A DNA stretch of 26,279 nucleotides from a virus (Duplodnaviria; Caudoviricetes): the IMG/VR virus record IMGVR_UViG_3300024240_000011, positions 1 to 26,279 of that record. One strand, given 5' to 3'. Numbering within the stretch: position 1 is the first letter of the stretch; every line of letters starts with the position of its first letter. Below, in pieces: positions 8,219 to 17,886 of the stretch. Below the pieces are notes generated by a model. It worked only from the letters and a program-made list of their open reading frames with translations, searched no databases and had not been told where the DNA came from. The position numbers and the translations under genes are program-made.

Positions 8219-10156
8219 TTATACCTGAAGTTGGAGCTCGAGCGTTGTCGTTTCTTCTTTAAAATCAATTTTCAAATTGTTAAGTCCATATATTCCATCT
8301 AAATCATTATTTGGAGCATTTACAATTCTGAATAAAGTAAGAGGATTAAATATTAATCCTTTATATTTTATAGTTAATTTTCTACTTTGTTTTTGATTTA
8401 AATACTTTAAAAAATTATTTTTAAAAATATCAGTTGTTGCATAATCAGAATATGTTTGTATTTTCCCGTCTGGTAAAATTTTATATAAACAATTTCCATA
8501 ATTTCCATTGAAAGCTACATCGTTTTCGTGAATTAAATTATCGTCATTTATATTAGCACAAGCACTTTGTCTACCATTGCTAACATCATATTGCCAGCCT
8601 AGTACTCCTGTTCCACCACCGTCGACAAATAAAATTGTATCTTTTGTTAATGTATAAATATCTGCACCATAATAATTTTCAAGTATGTCTTTAACTATTT
8701 GATAGGTCCAGCAAACAGAATCTTCGGAATAATATTTTTGCCATTCATTTGGAGAAAAATGTAATCCATATAATCCTGACATTCCTACAAATGGAATATT
8801 ATTTTTTGCATCCTGTCCGCCGTTTGTGAAAATATAAAATCTATTTCCTCTACGTATTGTTCCGAATCCAGAATTATTACCACCATAAAATTGTCCATCA
8901 TTTATGACTATAGAATCATATTCAATTTTTGATTGTGCTTTTGAAGCTGTAAATCCATCTCCATCGAATTTTCTATAATCTAAATCAATTACATTAAAAC
9001 TGTTTTCTAATTCACTTCTATTTTTTATATAAAATATTTCATTGTAATAAAAACAAATCCATCCATAAGAAAAGCATAATTTTTTTATGAATCCCCAAAT
9101 ATTTTCATTAGTTTGATAAATTCTTTCATAACCTGTTTTTAATAAAGTAAAATTATGATTTTCAGAATCTACTTTTTTTAATACTGGGTCTCTTGTACAT
9201 ATATAATCACTTAAAGAATCTTCTATCTGAAATATTGATTGATTATTTACTAAACTTTTTATTAACGTATTGAAATTTAATCTATAATTACTTGTAAAAA
9301 TCATTTCCATTCCGCCTTCTAGATGTCCGCTTGTGGGTGTAAGTTTTATTTCTTGAGAAGTAGTTGTAAAAGCATAAGAATTTCCTATACCACCAATTAT
9401 TTTTGAAACAATAGAAATTGAATTTCCAAAAGGAAATGAAGTTCCTGTAACAAAAGAACTATAATTATTTATGCAAGTATTTAAAATTGTTTCCTGTGGA
9501 TTTGCTATTTGAACATCAAAATGATACCCATGTCTCGGTGAAGTTTTAAAAGTATATATATCTGTTCCGATTGTTAAAGTGTCACCATCTTGCACCATTC
9601 CATATTGTTGTGAAAAATTTATAGTTCCTGTTGCATAAGTTCTTATGCCAGATGTGTCATATTCCCAATTTATTTTAGCTGGGTCTAATAATTGTTTATT
9701 CGATAAATAATTTCTAAGTTCTTTTAAAAATCCTAATGCTTGAACTTTTATTTCTTTATTATCATTTCCAATTTTAAATTGTTCTTCAATAGCTTCTTGA
9801 TTTACTATTCCCTTCCCGAGTAAATTATTATTTAAATCAAATATTTTTATTATATATTTTATATATGTTGTATCTTCAAATATTTTATAAAATATTTTTA
9901 AATAATTTTTATTCCAAGTTCCTGAACAAGTAAAAGTAATATCAGAATCTTCGAAAAATAAAATATTTTGTCCTGAATCGTCACTTGAATTATCAAATGA
10001 ATATTCTAATTCTCCAATGTCTAATATATAATCTTTTAAATTTATAGTTTCAGTTAATTGAGGTGTTGTATCCGTTGCAAAAAAATTAACACCTGTCAAT
10101 GCAGTTGTATCTGGCCATTGGTATTGTTCACAGGTAATTTTAAATTTGTTAATCAT
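8219..10156 (-). CDS. Tail tip / baseplate hub-like protein with an inserted Ig-like domain
   Basis: Directly follows the tape measure. C-terminal NNLKIDFKEETTTLEL strand pair typical of hubs. Inserted ATGTINF..DGDTLTIG..YTF..LEGG module. Confidence 0.6.
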   Translation of the reverse strand: MINKFKITCEQYQWPDTTALTGVNFFATDTTPQLTETINLKDYILDIGELEYSFDNSSDDSGQNILFFEDSDITFTCSGTWNKNYLKIFYKIFEDTTYIKYIIKIFDLNNNLLGKGIVNQEAIEEQFKIGNDNKEIKVQALGFLKELRNYLSNKQLLDPAKINWEYDTSGIRTYATGTINFSQQYGMVQDGDTLTIGTDIYTFKTSPRHGYHFDVQIANPQETILNTCINNYSSFVTGTSFPFGNSISIVSKIIGGIGNSYAFTTTSQEIKLTPTSGHLEGGMEMIFTSNYRLNFNTLIKSLVNNQSIFQIEDSLSDYICTRDPVLKKVDSENHNFTLLKTGYERIYQTNENIWGFIKKLCFSYGWICFYYNEIFYIKNRSELENSFNVIDLDYRKFDGDGFTASKAQSKIEYDSIVINDGQFYGGNNSGFGTIRRGNRFYIFTNGGQDAKNNIPFVGMSGLYGLHFSPNEWQKYYSEDSVCWTYQIVKDILENYYGADIYTLTKDTILFVDGGGTGVLGWQYDVSNGRQSACANINDDNLIHENDVAFNGNYGNCLYKILPDGKIQTYSDYATTDIFKNNFLKYLNQKQSRKLTIKYKGLIFNPLTLFRIVNAPNNDLDGIYGLNNLKIDFKEETTTLELQLQV

Positions 10157-10158
10157 AA

Positions 10159-12870
10159 TTAGTCAACCCTCTTGCTCTTCATATAAGATTTATATTGAGG
10201 TACTGTTTGTTTACTCCAAGAAAGTCCGTCCATGTTTGCACTAATATATACAGGTGTAATTGTTTGTTGTTTATTTCCTAAATTTCCTGAAACTAAACTT
10301 GCTAAATCTTGATTATTTACCATATATCCCGATTTTCCCATCAAAGCAAGTTCTGGTCCTCTTTCGCCAACTAAAAAAGCACCTGAATTAAAAGAACCAC
10401 CTTCGGCTAATGCTCCAATCATACCTTTTGCAGCTTCAAAACCCGCTGTCGCCAATGCTATTTCAGGTAATTCTTTTATAAGAGTCGCACCAAATGACAT
10501 TGTTGAATCAACAAAAACTTTTGCTATTTGTGCAAATAAAAGTGCTTGAATAAAATTAAGTGTTGATTGTAAAAGACCTTTTAATAATTCTTTAAATGCT
10601 TTTCCTGCACCTTCACCACTTGCGATTGTTTTAAAGAAATTTCCAAATGCACCAGCCAATTCGTGAATTGCATTCTTAACTTGTTCAGCTTGTTTTTTTA
10701 TTCTATCAAGTGGAGAATCTCCTTGTTCCCAAATATCATGTGCTTTATTTTTATCTCCCTCTGGTATATCATAACCCTGTCTTTCATCACCGTTTTTTCC
10801 TAATAAATTTTTAACTTGTTTTGTGTATAATTCATCTTTAAGTGTGATTAATTCTTTTGTAAGTTTTATTTTTTCTTCTAAATCAGTTGTTAATGATAAT
10901 TCAAGTTCAACTTGTTTTATATTTAATTTTAAATCATCTTCATTTAAATTGTGAAATAACTTATCACCCTCAAGTTGAAGATTAATATTTTTAATTAAAT
11001 CGTCATCTAAAGATTTTTTTTCTGAATTAATTAATTTTAATGCTTCACCATAATTTTTTACTATTGCCCATTTTTCTTTACTTGATTGATTACTTTCCCA
11101 ATCAGCTTTTGCACTTTCATATTTTTGTTTATAAATTTCAAATTGTGCATTTAAATCATCTTGTGTTAATTTTCCAGATTCTTTTTGTTGTTCTATATAT
11201 AATTTTAAATTTGCAATGTCTTGTTCATCAGGAGACATTGGATTAGTTTTACTACCTTTATCTTTTTTAGTATTATTACCTCCTGGTGGCTTTTTATTAT
11301 TTATAACTTCATAAGGGTCGACTTGAACAATTTTTCCATTTACAATTTTTTGAGCAGTACCACCAACTTCTTCACTTTCTTGGTCACGAGTTTTTTCTTG
11401 AGTGGGTGTTGGAATAGAAAATAATTCACCAATCCAATAGACTGCACTTTGTATCCATCCTATAAATGTTTTTACAGAATCAATAACTACGCCTAATTGA
11501 GAATTAAAAGATAAAGCAAAACTACTATTTGCAATCGTATTAAATAAATTTTTGAACCAGTTGTCGACATCTCTAAATGCACCAATTAGCCAACTTAATG
11601 CTTTCAAAATACCACCAACAATCCACATTTCAAGTTTTACAAACATCATGCCAACACCAAATAATACTTGAATAAATCCACCTAAAAATTTCATCAAATC
11701 TTGATTATCATCATAGAAGTTTTTAAATGCTTTAATTACAAAAAGGATTGCAGGCTTTAAATATTCAAATGCCTGTTTTAAAAAATTAACGCCACCTTGA
11801 ACTAATGCTATTAATGTATTTTTAAATGTTCCAACACTATTAGTAATCCCCAAAATATTTTGAACATCACTTAAAAATCCTTTTCCTAAATTTATAATCG
11901 CCATAATTGCATCTTCAACGATTGGAATTATATCTTTAATCACAACTAAAAATGGATTTAAACCTCCAGCAATCATTCCCCCGACCTTTTCTTCAGTTTC
12001 ATCCCAAAGATGTCCTAAAATAGATAATGTTCCTGCGAAAGTTTTTCCTTCAGCTTCAGCAAATCCACCAAATTTTTGTTTCATCAAATCAACAATTATA
12101 TTTGTTCGTTCCATTCCTTGTGCAGAACTAATCATTTTTTTATCATTGTCGGTCAATATAATTCCATACCTTGTTAATCCCGTAAATACTGCTTCATTTG
12201 TTTTACCTAACAATTTTGTTACTTGGTCTAAACTTGCTTCAGTATCACCTGATTTTTTCATTCCTGCAACAACATCAAGAATGGTAGGGATTGTTTTTGC
12301 AATTTGGTCACCCGCCATTCCATATACTGTTAAAAGTGCTTGTGCATTTTCAATATCTGCTTTTTTAAACATTGTAGTTGCAGAAAGTTCTTTTGCCTGT
12401 TGAACTAATTTTGGCAAAGAATTTCCAGATGAAACATTATTTAATCCTGTTTCTAATTTTGCTAATGATATTTGATTTTTTTCAAATACTTCAAGTGAAG
12501 ATTTTCCAAATTCTATAATTTCACTCGTAATTTTTTTCACGACTTCAAAACTAACAAATGCTTTAGCAACATTCATTATGCTGTCTTTAAGTCCATTCAT
12601 TGTATTTTGTAATTGAGAAAATCCAGAATGTGTTCCTTTTAAATCTTGAGTAATACCATTAATTTGACTTCTTAATTGAATTTTTTGTTGAGTTAATCCG
12701 TGAAGAGTTGTTTCAAGTTGTTTAAATTCAGTTGAGGCAGTTTTCCCTTGAAGTGATAATTTAGCTAAGTCACTTTCAACACTTTTGATTTGTTGATTTA
12801 ATGTTGTCCATACATTTTTATCAGATTCTAAAATTGCTTTTATTCTTATTTGTAAATCTTCACTTGCCAA
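10159..12870 (-). CDS. Tail tape measure protein
   Basis: 903 aa, N-terminal LQIRIKA and coiled coil, periodic F/W amphipathic region, C-terminal LAEGG..FLVGERGPEL motif. Confidence 0.93.
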   Translation of the reverse strand: MASEDLQIRIKAILESDKNVWTTLNQQIKSVESDLAKLSLQGKTASTEFKQLETTLHGLTQQKIQLRSQINGITQDLKGTHSGFSQLQNTMNGLKDSIMNVAKAFVSFEVVKKITSEIIEFGKSSLEVFEKNQISLAKLETGLNNVSSGNSLPKLVQQAKELSATTMFKKADIENAQALLTVYGMAGDQIAKTIPTILDVVAGMKKSGDTEASLDQVTKLLGKTNEAVFTGLTRYGIILTDNDKKMISSAQGMERTNIIVDLMKQKFGGFAEAEGKTFAGTLSILGHLWDETEEKVGGMIAGGLNPFLVVIKDIIPIVEDAIMAIINLGKGFLSDVQNILGITNSVGTFKNTLIALVQGGVNFLKQAFEYLKPAILFVIKAFKNFYDDNQDLMKFLGGFIQVLFGVGMMFVKLEMWIVGGILKALSWLIGAFRDVDNWFKNLFNTIANSSFALSFNSQLGVVIDSVKTFIGWIQSAVYWIGELFSIPTPTQEKTRDQESEEVGGTAQKIVNGKIVQVDPYEVINNKKPPGGNNTKKDKGSKTNPMSPDEQDIANLKLYIEQQKESGKLTQDDLNAQFEIYKQKYESAKADWESNQSSKEKWAIVKNYGEALKLINSEKKSLDDDLIKNINLQLEGDKLFHNLNEDDLKLNIKQVELELSLTTDLEEKIKLTKELITLKDELYTKQVKNLLGKNGDERQGYDIPEGDKNKAHDIWEQGDSPLDRIKKQAEQVKNAIHELAGAFGNFFKTIASGEGAGKAFKELLKGLLQSTLNFIQALLFAQIAKVFVDSTMSFGATLIKELPEIALATAGFEAAKGMIGALAEGGSFNSGAFLVGERGPELALMGKSGYMVNNQDLASLVSGNLGNKQQTITPVYISANMDGLSWSKQTVPQYKSYMKSKRVD

Positions 12871-13302
12871 TTATTTTACCAGATTATAAATGTAATTGAA
12901 ACTATGATTGCTAAAATATTTTCTTACATCATTTTTTAATTGTTGCCCTAATCCAAAAAACTCTCGAGGTGTTCCACCTTTATAAGAACCTGTTTGTTGG
13001 TATTTTGCGATATCTTTTCTATTGTCTGAAATATAAACTTCCCAATCTTCACCTAATTGTCGTTTTTTAACAGACTGAAATAATTGACCTGTTCGATTAA
13101 ATAATTGTGTACCTTTTTTATTCGGCTGTAAAGCAGAGCCAGTATTAAAATGAACACCTGATTGAATGTTATTTTCTTGTTTTTTTCTAACAATTTCTGC
13201 AATATCTTCAAGCACATTTTCTTTTAATTTTAATCCAATTGGAATTTTTGCAATTACTTCATTTATATTTGAATTGAACTCAATATTCAAAATTGTTCTC
13301 AC
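12871..13302 (-). CDS. Phage virion morphogenesis / tail completion protein (P2 gpS / Mu gpG-like)
   Basis: LFNRTGQLFQSV, AKYQQTG and PREFFGL match the L.xTG.L..S / A.xHQ.G / PxRxFxG pattern of this family. Confidence 0.75.
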   Translation of the reverse strand: MRTILNIEFNSNINEVIAKIPIGLKLKENVLEDIAEIVRKKQENNIQSGVHFNTGSALQPNKKGTQLFNRTGQLFQSVKKRQLGEDWEVYISDNRKDIAKYQQTGSYKGGTPREFFGLGQQLKNDVRKYFSNHSFNYIYNLVK

Positions 13303-13329
13303 AATTAAAAAATCAATACAAAATCTTTA

Positions 13330-14153
13330 TTAATTCTGACTTTGCTTATATTCACAATAATTTTCGTATTTAAGCCATAAGGAATAGTCTAAAAAATCTG
13401 ACATGTCAGTATTTTCTTCAATCCAATTTTTGTCTTTATAGTACCATTTAGTTAGTTTGTAAATCATATAATCAACAAAAACAAGTTCTGGAATTTCTGA
13501 ATAATCTGGAAATGGAATGTCAACACCTGATTTATCTGGAATTGTATATTTTTCTGAAATTATTTTTATATCCCTAAAATATTCGTAGTCGGTCTTGACA
13601 TCATTAGAAAAAAACTGAAGGTTCCTTTAATGAAATTAAAATATTCATCATAATCATCTTGTCCACCATCAGGTTCATAATTAATGCTTTCTGAGTTTTC
13701 ATAAACAATATTACACAATTCTTTTGCATTTTCATTTTCAAGAAAAAAATCTTCAACAATTTCATTTTTCATCAATTTTATTTTACTCATTGCAATAATT
13801 ACATCACCAGAACTTTCAAGAAATTTGTCCATTACTTCTTCATTCACTTTATCTTTTTTATTTGTCTTATCCACTAATTTTATCAGATTTTTATCAGAAT
13901 AAAGTTTATCAACCTTGTCTCTTAAATCTTTTGGAATATATTGATTTTCAAAATCAGTATATTTTCTTGAGAATTTAATTGCTGGAATACGATATTTTTT
14001 CCAGTTCTTGTTTCTGATTTTATAAACTATATCCTTATATTTATATTCACGTCTTTCTTTTAATTCATTTGCAATTATTTCAGTTGGTGATAATATTATT
14101 TCTTCATCAACTATTTCGTCACCACTGATTTCATCTTGTTTTTCTAATTCCAT
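13330..14153 (-). CDS. Tail assembly chaperone, long form (gpGT-like) via -1 frameshift
   Basis: In-phase slippery T TTT TTT (plus-strand A7 at 13608-13614). The -1 frame is open for 94 codons (FFSNDVKTDYEYFRDIKII...YCEYKQSQN*) to a TAA at 13330-13332 and fills the gap in the ORF track. Confidence 0.82.
13566..14153 (-). CDS. Tail assembly chaperone, short form (gpG-like)
   Basis: Acidic helical protein directly after the tail tube gene, with the slippery site near its 3' end. Confidence 0.75.
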   Translation of the reverse strand: MELEKQDEISGDEIVDEEIILSPTEIIANELKERREYKYKDIVYKIRNKNWKKYRIPAIKFSRKYTDFENQYIPKDLRDKVDKLYSDKNLIKLVDKTNKKDKVNEEVMDKFLESSGDVIIAMSKIKLMKNEIVEDFFLENENAKELCNIVYENSESINYEPDGGQDDYDEYFNFIKGTFSFFLMMSRPTTNILGI

Positions 14154-14203
14154 TTATTTTCTCAAAATATATTATAAAAAAGAAAAAATTACCGAAACAT
14201 TTT

Positions 14204-14770
14204 TTATCCTACCCAATCAACATATGGCTGACCAGCCGATATAGTTACTGTTGTTGCAGTTGTACTAATATTAAATCCCCCAGAGATTAAAGCGCCAGTT
14301 AAAGCAGAGGCACTAAATGTAATATCCGATGGAGCAACAGTTGAATCAAATGTGACTTTTACCTTTTCATCACCTTGTTTAACTGTTTGATTTGGGTCAA
14401 CAACTACTTGAAAATAAAGTCTATGTTGTTTATAGTTTGGATTATTATTTTTGTTAACATATAAACGATAGAATTTATCTTTTGATTCATCAGGTAAATT
14501 TAAAGTTGGTAAACCTGATTGCTGTAAGTTTGTTGTGAACGAAGGTTCTCTGTCTCTGTAAACAATTAAAAAAGGATTTGTCGTGTCATCAGCAAATTTC
14601 TTTTTAGTTGCTTTGTTATTAAATTCTGAACCGACGATATATCCTAAATCATAAGATTGATTACCTGTAGCACTTAAATCTGTACCATCTTCGTTTATTT
14701 CTTTTGCTACAACTACACCACCCCATATATCGCTTACTTGTAATTTTGTTCTACTAAAATTTAAACTCAT
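14204..14770 (-). CDS. Major tail (tube) protein
   Basis: 188 aa beta-rich protein with YDLGY and FTTNLQQS. AAGGA RBS. Precedes the chaperone and TMP. Confidence 0.72.
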   Translation of the reverse strand: MSLNFSRTKLQVSDIWGGVVVAKEINEDGTDLSATGNQSYDLGYIVGSEFNNKATKKKFADDTTNPFLIVYRDREPSFTTNLQQSGLPTLNLPDESKDKFYRLYVNKNNNPNYKQHRLYFQVVVDPNQTVKQGDEKVKVTFDSTVAPSDITFSASALTGALISGGFNISTTATTVTISAGQPYVDWVG

Positions 14771-14833
14771 TTTGATTGATTCCTTTTGCTTAAAGATAAA
14801 AGAAAACTAATTTGAAAAGAAAAAATTTGTCTT

Positions 14834-15475
14834 CTACAACAATGAAGTAAGAAGTCCGTTGGTAAATGTTGCAACTTTTGTTCCCATTGTTGCAGTTGTG
14901 CTAATCCCAGAAACTCCATTTGCAGAAATTGTTCCTGTTATATTTACCGAACCATTAATTGTTAAAGAGGATGAACTAAAATTTCCATAAATTAACGGAA
15001 CTGTTGAATTTGAATTATGAATATATAATGTATTTCCGTTTTTTTCTAAGCTACCAGCCATATACCCAATATGAACACTATTACTACCAGTCAATGAACT
15101 ACCAGCTTTATACCCAATTATTGTATTATTACATCCAACAGTATTTGCAGTAAGAGTAAGAGCACCTATTACAACATTATAAGCTGAATTTGTTTGTTGA
15201 GCTGCTGTGTCACCAATTACTACATTATAATTTGTATTCGTTAAAAATGGGTATCCACTTGCACCATCCCAACCAATTAAAGCATTATTCCCAATTGCAA
15301 TAGTGTTTCCTCCCTTCAAATCATAACCAGCTTGATATCCAATTGCTATATTATAACTACTATTTGTATTATAAAGTGAAGTAGTTCCTATTGCGACATT
15401 CCTTTGACCAGATACTGAATTTACTAATGTTTGACAGCCTATAGCCATATTATCACTAATATTTGTTCCTAAATT
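14834..15475 (-). CDS. YadA-head-like (N-x-A/V-I-G repeat) fibre cassette with no convincing start of its own
   Basis: About 14-aa repeats NMAIG, NVAIG, NIAIG, TIAIG, NVVIG x2, NTIIG, SVHIG, then LYIHNSNSTVPLIYGNF. The first ~58 aa of the listed ORF are an off-frame shadow of the upstream gene. First usable ATG is at 15448. Confidence 0.7.
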   Translation of the reverse strand, partial: NLGTNISDNMAIGCQTLVNSVSGQRNVAIGTTSLYNTNSSYNIAIGYQAGYDLKGGNTIAIGNNALIGWDGASGYPFLTNTNYNVVIGDTAAQQTNSAYNVVIGALTLTANTVGCNNTIIGYKAGSSLTGSNSVHIGYMAGSLEKNGNTLYIHNSNSTVPLIYGNFSSSSLTINGSVNITGTISANGVSGISTTATMGTKVATFTNGLLTSLL

Positions 15476-17259
15476 AAACTTACTATTAAACCTGATTGAA
15501 TTGTCATAACTTGTGTTCCAAGTAAAGCAGTTGTGGTTATCCCTGATAATCCATTTGAATAAATATTCCCACTTACACTTAAATTTCCGCTTACTGATAA
15601 TTTTTCTGTTGGTGTTCTTGTATTTATTCCAACGTTTCCAGTTGTCCATGGGTCTGAATTATCTGTAATATTTTTTGACCAAAAACCACACCAAGGTAAG
15701 TCAACACGACCAAGACCACCACCTCCACCAAATGGTAAAAAGTTTGAACTATCCCAATAAAGTTGTGCTATACCCCTATACACACTAAAAGTCTGACCAG
15801 CATGAATTGCCAAAGTATTTCCATCACAATGAATACCACAACTAAATCCACCGTTACCATCAGGCAATGGCCAATTTGTAGGAAAACCAATTGTATAATT
15901 TAAAGAATTTGAAGTTGTTCCAGCAAATTGTAATTGTGAATTTACTTTTACAATATCACCTGTATTACTTAATGTTGTTGCTGTTGTTGATTGTCTTGCC
16001 CATAAAGAAGGAATTGCAGTTAAACTACCAGTTGTTGCCAATCCTGAACTAAGACTATTAAGAAAATATGATGTTAATGAACTACTTGTTGCCAATCCAC
16101 CTGTGCAACTTGATAATGCATATGCACTTAAATCTGAAGTTAACGCATAATTTGAATGTGTATGGCTTGATAAACTTAATCCAGAGCTTAAACTATTTAA
16201 AAAGTATGCTGATAAAGAATTTGTAGTTGCTAATCCGCCAGTACAACTAGATAATGCGTAAGCATTTAAATTTGAACTTAAACTTGTAATCGAAGAATTT
16301 AAATTTGAAGTTGAAGAAACAAAGTTTGCTGTTGTTGCATAATTACTTAAAGCAGGTGTATCTGTTAAATCATTATAAGATTTTTCTGATAAACTTGATA
16401 ATGAATGATTGTGGCTTGAAGAACTATAAGCATTAAGATTCGGTAAATCATTTAAATTATTATAAGAATGATTGTGACCACTTAAACTAAAATTGCCAGT
16501 TAAACTATTTAAAAAATATCCTGATAAATTTATTCCTGTAATACTAGAATTTAAATTTGATGTCGCACTTACAAAATTTGCAGTTGTCGTAAAATTATTA
16601 AATTCATTTTGTAAATCGAGTTGATTATATATATTATCATCAATACTTCCCCAATGTCCGTTTATTCCAGAAACACTAATACCAGAAATACTTTGAATTT
16701 GTGATTCTAAATATGCTGAAGTAGAATTAGAGTCAACAATTTTTTCATAATCAATTAATATATTTGGTGGATTTATAACTGTTCCACTACCAGCAATATT
16801 TGTTCTATCTTGTAAATATTTTATCTTTAGAGCAAAACCAACTGTGACTCCGTTTTGACTAAATTCTAAAACTGCCATATTGTAAGGAAAACTTACATCA
16901 ATTATTCCCTCTATATTTCCGAGTCCAGTTCTATAAATTTCTAAAATACTATCGTCACTTGAATAACATCTGTTTAAATCATATAACATATTATCAGAAA
17001 TTTCTAAAATTGTATCTTGCGTGCATTTGCAATGAACTTTTATAATATATTCTTGATTATGATATTCACTGCCATTTTTTAAATCTTCAACATTTTCAAC
17101 ATCTTTTGCGAAATAACATGCAGAAGGAAAATTTAAACTTTCCCCTAGAAATGTTTCTCCAAATATTGCTTCCTGAATATCACTTAAATATCCTTTTTCA
17201 GGTTTGATTTTTAATAAATCATTTTTAAAACAATTATATATGTTTTTCGTTATAGTCAT
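15469..17259 (-). CDS. Tail-terminator-like N-terminal domain fused to a repeat-rich fibre
   Basis: First ~150 aa are globular and sit between adaptor and tail tube (terminator position). The rest is Ser/Thr/Gly-rich with HNH/HTH fibre motifs, SYNDLTDTP and GNVGINTRTPTEKLSVSGN. Confidence 0.65.
   Translation of the reverse strand: MTITKNIYNCFKNDLLKIKPEKGYLSDIQEAIFGETFLGESLNFPSACYFAKDVENVEDLKNGSEYHNQEYIIKVHCKCTQDTILEISDNMLYDLNRCYSSDDSILEIYRTGLGNIEGIIDVSFPYNMAVLEFSQNGVTVGFALKIKYLQDRTNIAGSGTVINPPNILIDYEKIVDSNSTSAYLESQIQSISGISVSGINGHWGSIDDNIYNQLDLQNEFNNFTTTANFVSATSNLNSSITGINLSGYFLNSLTGNFSLSGHNHSYNNLNDLPNLNAYSSSSHNHSLSSLSEKSYNDLTDTPALSNYATTANFVSSTSNLNSSITSLSSNLNAYALSSCTGGLATTNSLSAYFLNSLSSGLSLSSHTHSNYALTSDLSAYALSSCTGGLATSSSLTSYFLNSLSSGLATTGSLTAIPSLWARQSTTATTLSNTGDIVKVNSQLQFAGTTSNSLNYTIGFPTNWPLPDGNGGFSCGIHCDGNTLAIHAGQTFSVYRGIAQLYWDSSNFLPFGGGGGLGRVDLPWCGFWSKNITDNSDPWTTGNVGINTRTPTEKLSVSGNLSVSGNIYSNGLSGITTTALLGTQVMTIQSGLIVSLI
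16020..16590 (-). repeat. Intragenic mosaic repeats of the fibre shaft
   Basis: TTANFVS(A/S)TSNLNSSIT x2, YFLNSL x3, AYALSSCTGGLAT x2, H(N/T)HS x3. Confidence 0.8.
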
Positions 17260-17263
17260 GCTA

Positions 17264-17872
17264 TTATATTATTAATCTCTTATAACTGTCTAAAGTATTC
17301 AGAACCTCTTGCGAAACGTCACTGAATGTAATTGTATTTCCAGCATTTACCATACTTTTTATTCCAAGTTGAGGTTTTGTATTTTGCCCGCTTTTTTGAA
17401 ATGAATCTGTCACCAATTTTGCACAAGCCTCTTGTAAATCTTCAGGCATTGCTGTCAGTGAATAACCAGCAATGTAATTTGTTTTTAATTCAGTCCAACA
17501 AAATATATTTTTTAAAAATATTTTCCCTTCTTCTTTTCTTACTTCATAATCATTTGAATCAACTAAAGTCCATTCTGCAAACGGAGTCAAACGAACATAA
17601 ATTGCAGAAACTGACTGAATTGGATAATTATCGGTATTAAAATAATTATAATTAAATAAATTGAATGAATTGTAAAAATTATTATGATTGAAATAATAAC
17701 CTTCAAGTTCATTTTCGGCTAAACATCTATTTGTTTGGTGATTGCAAAATCGTGAAGCAGATGAAATCAAGGAATTATAAAAAGCAGATAATGAAATGTC
17801 TGATATTTTATTATATTGTTGAATATAATCAAATGTTATCAAATTAATATTATTTGTTAAATTTGTGTCCAT
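17264..17872 (-). CDS. Head-tail connector (adaptor, HK97 gp6 / SPP1 gp15-like)
   Basis: LISSASRFCNHQTNR, YPIQSVSAI, YIAGY..MPEDLQEACAKLV and VLNTLDSYKR motifs. Confidence 0.85.
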   Translation of the reverse strand: MDTNLTNNINLITFDYIQQYNKISDISLSAFYNSLISSASRFCNHQTNRCLAENELEGYYFNHNNFYNSFNLFNYNYFNTDNYPIQSVSAIYVRLTPFAEWTLVDSNDYEVRKEEGKIFLKNIFCWTELKTNYIAGYSLTAMPEDLQEACAKLVTDSFQKSGQNTKPQLGIKSMVNAGNTITFSDVSQEVLNTLDSYKRLII

Positions 17873-17886
17873 ATATTTTCATTTTC

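Noticed and set aside
15476-15649. N-terminal ~58 aa of the listed 271-aa ORF as real protein
   Set aside because: Trp/Lys/Arg-rich off-frame translation of the upstream fibre's C-terminal module. Fibre-like sequence starts only at about NLGTNISDNMAIG.
14834-17259. DGR or invertase shufflon diversifying the fibre tips
   Set aside because: No reverse transcriptase or recombinase in the window, no TR/VR pair differing mainly at adenines, and both tips are in the same orientation without flanking inverted crossover sites.
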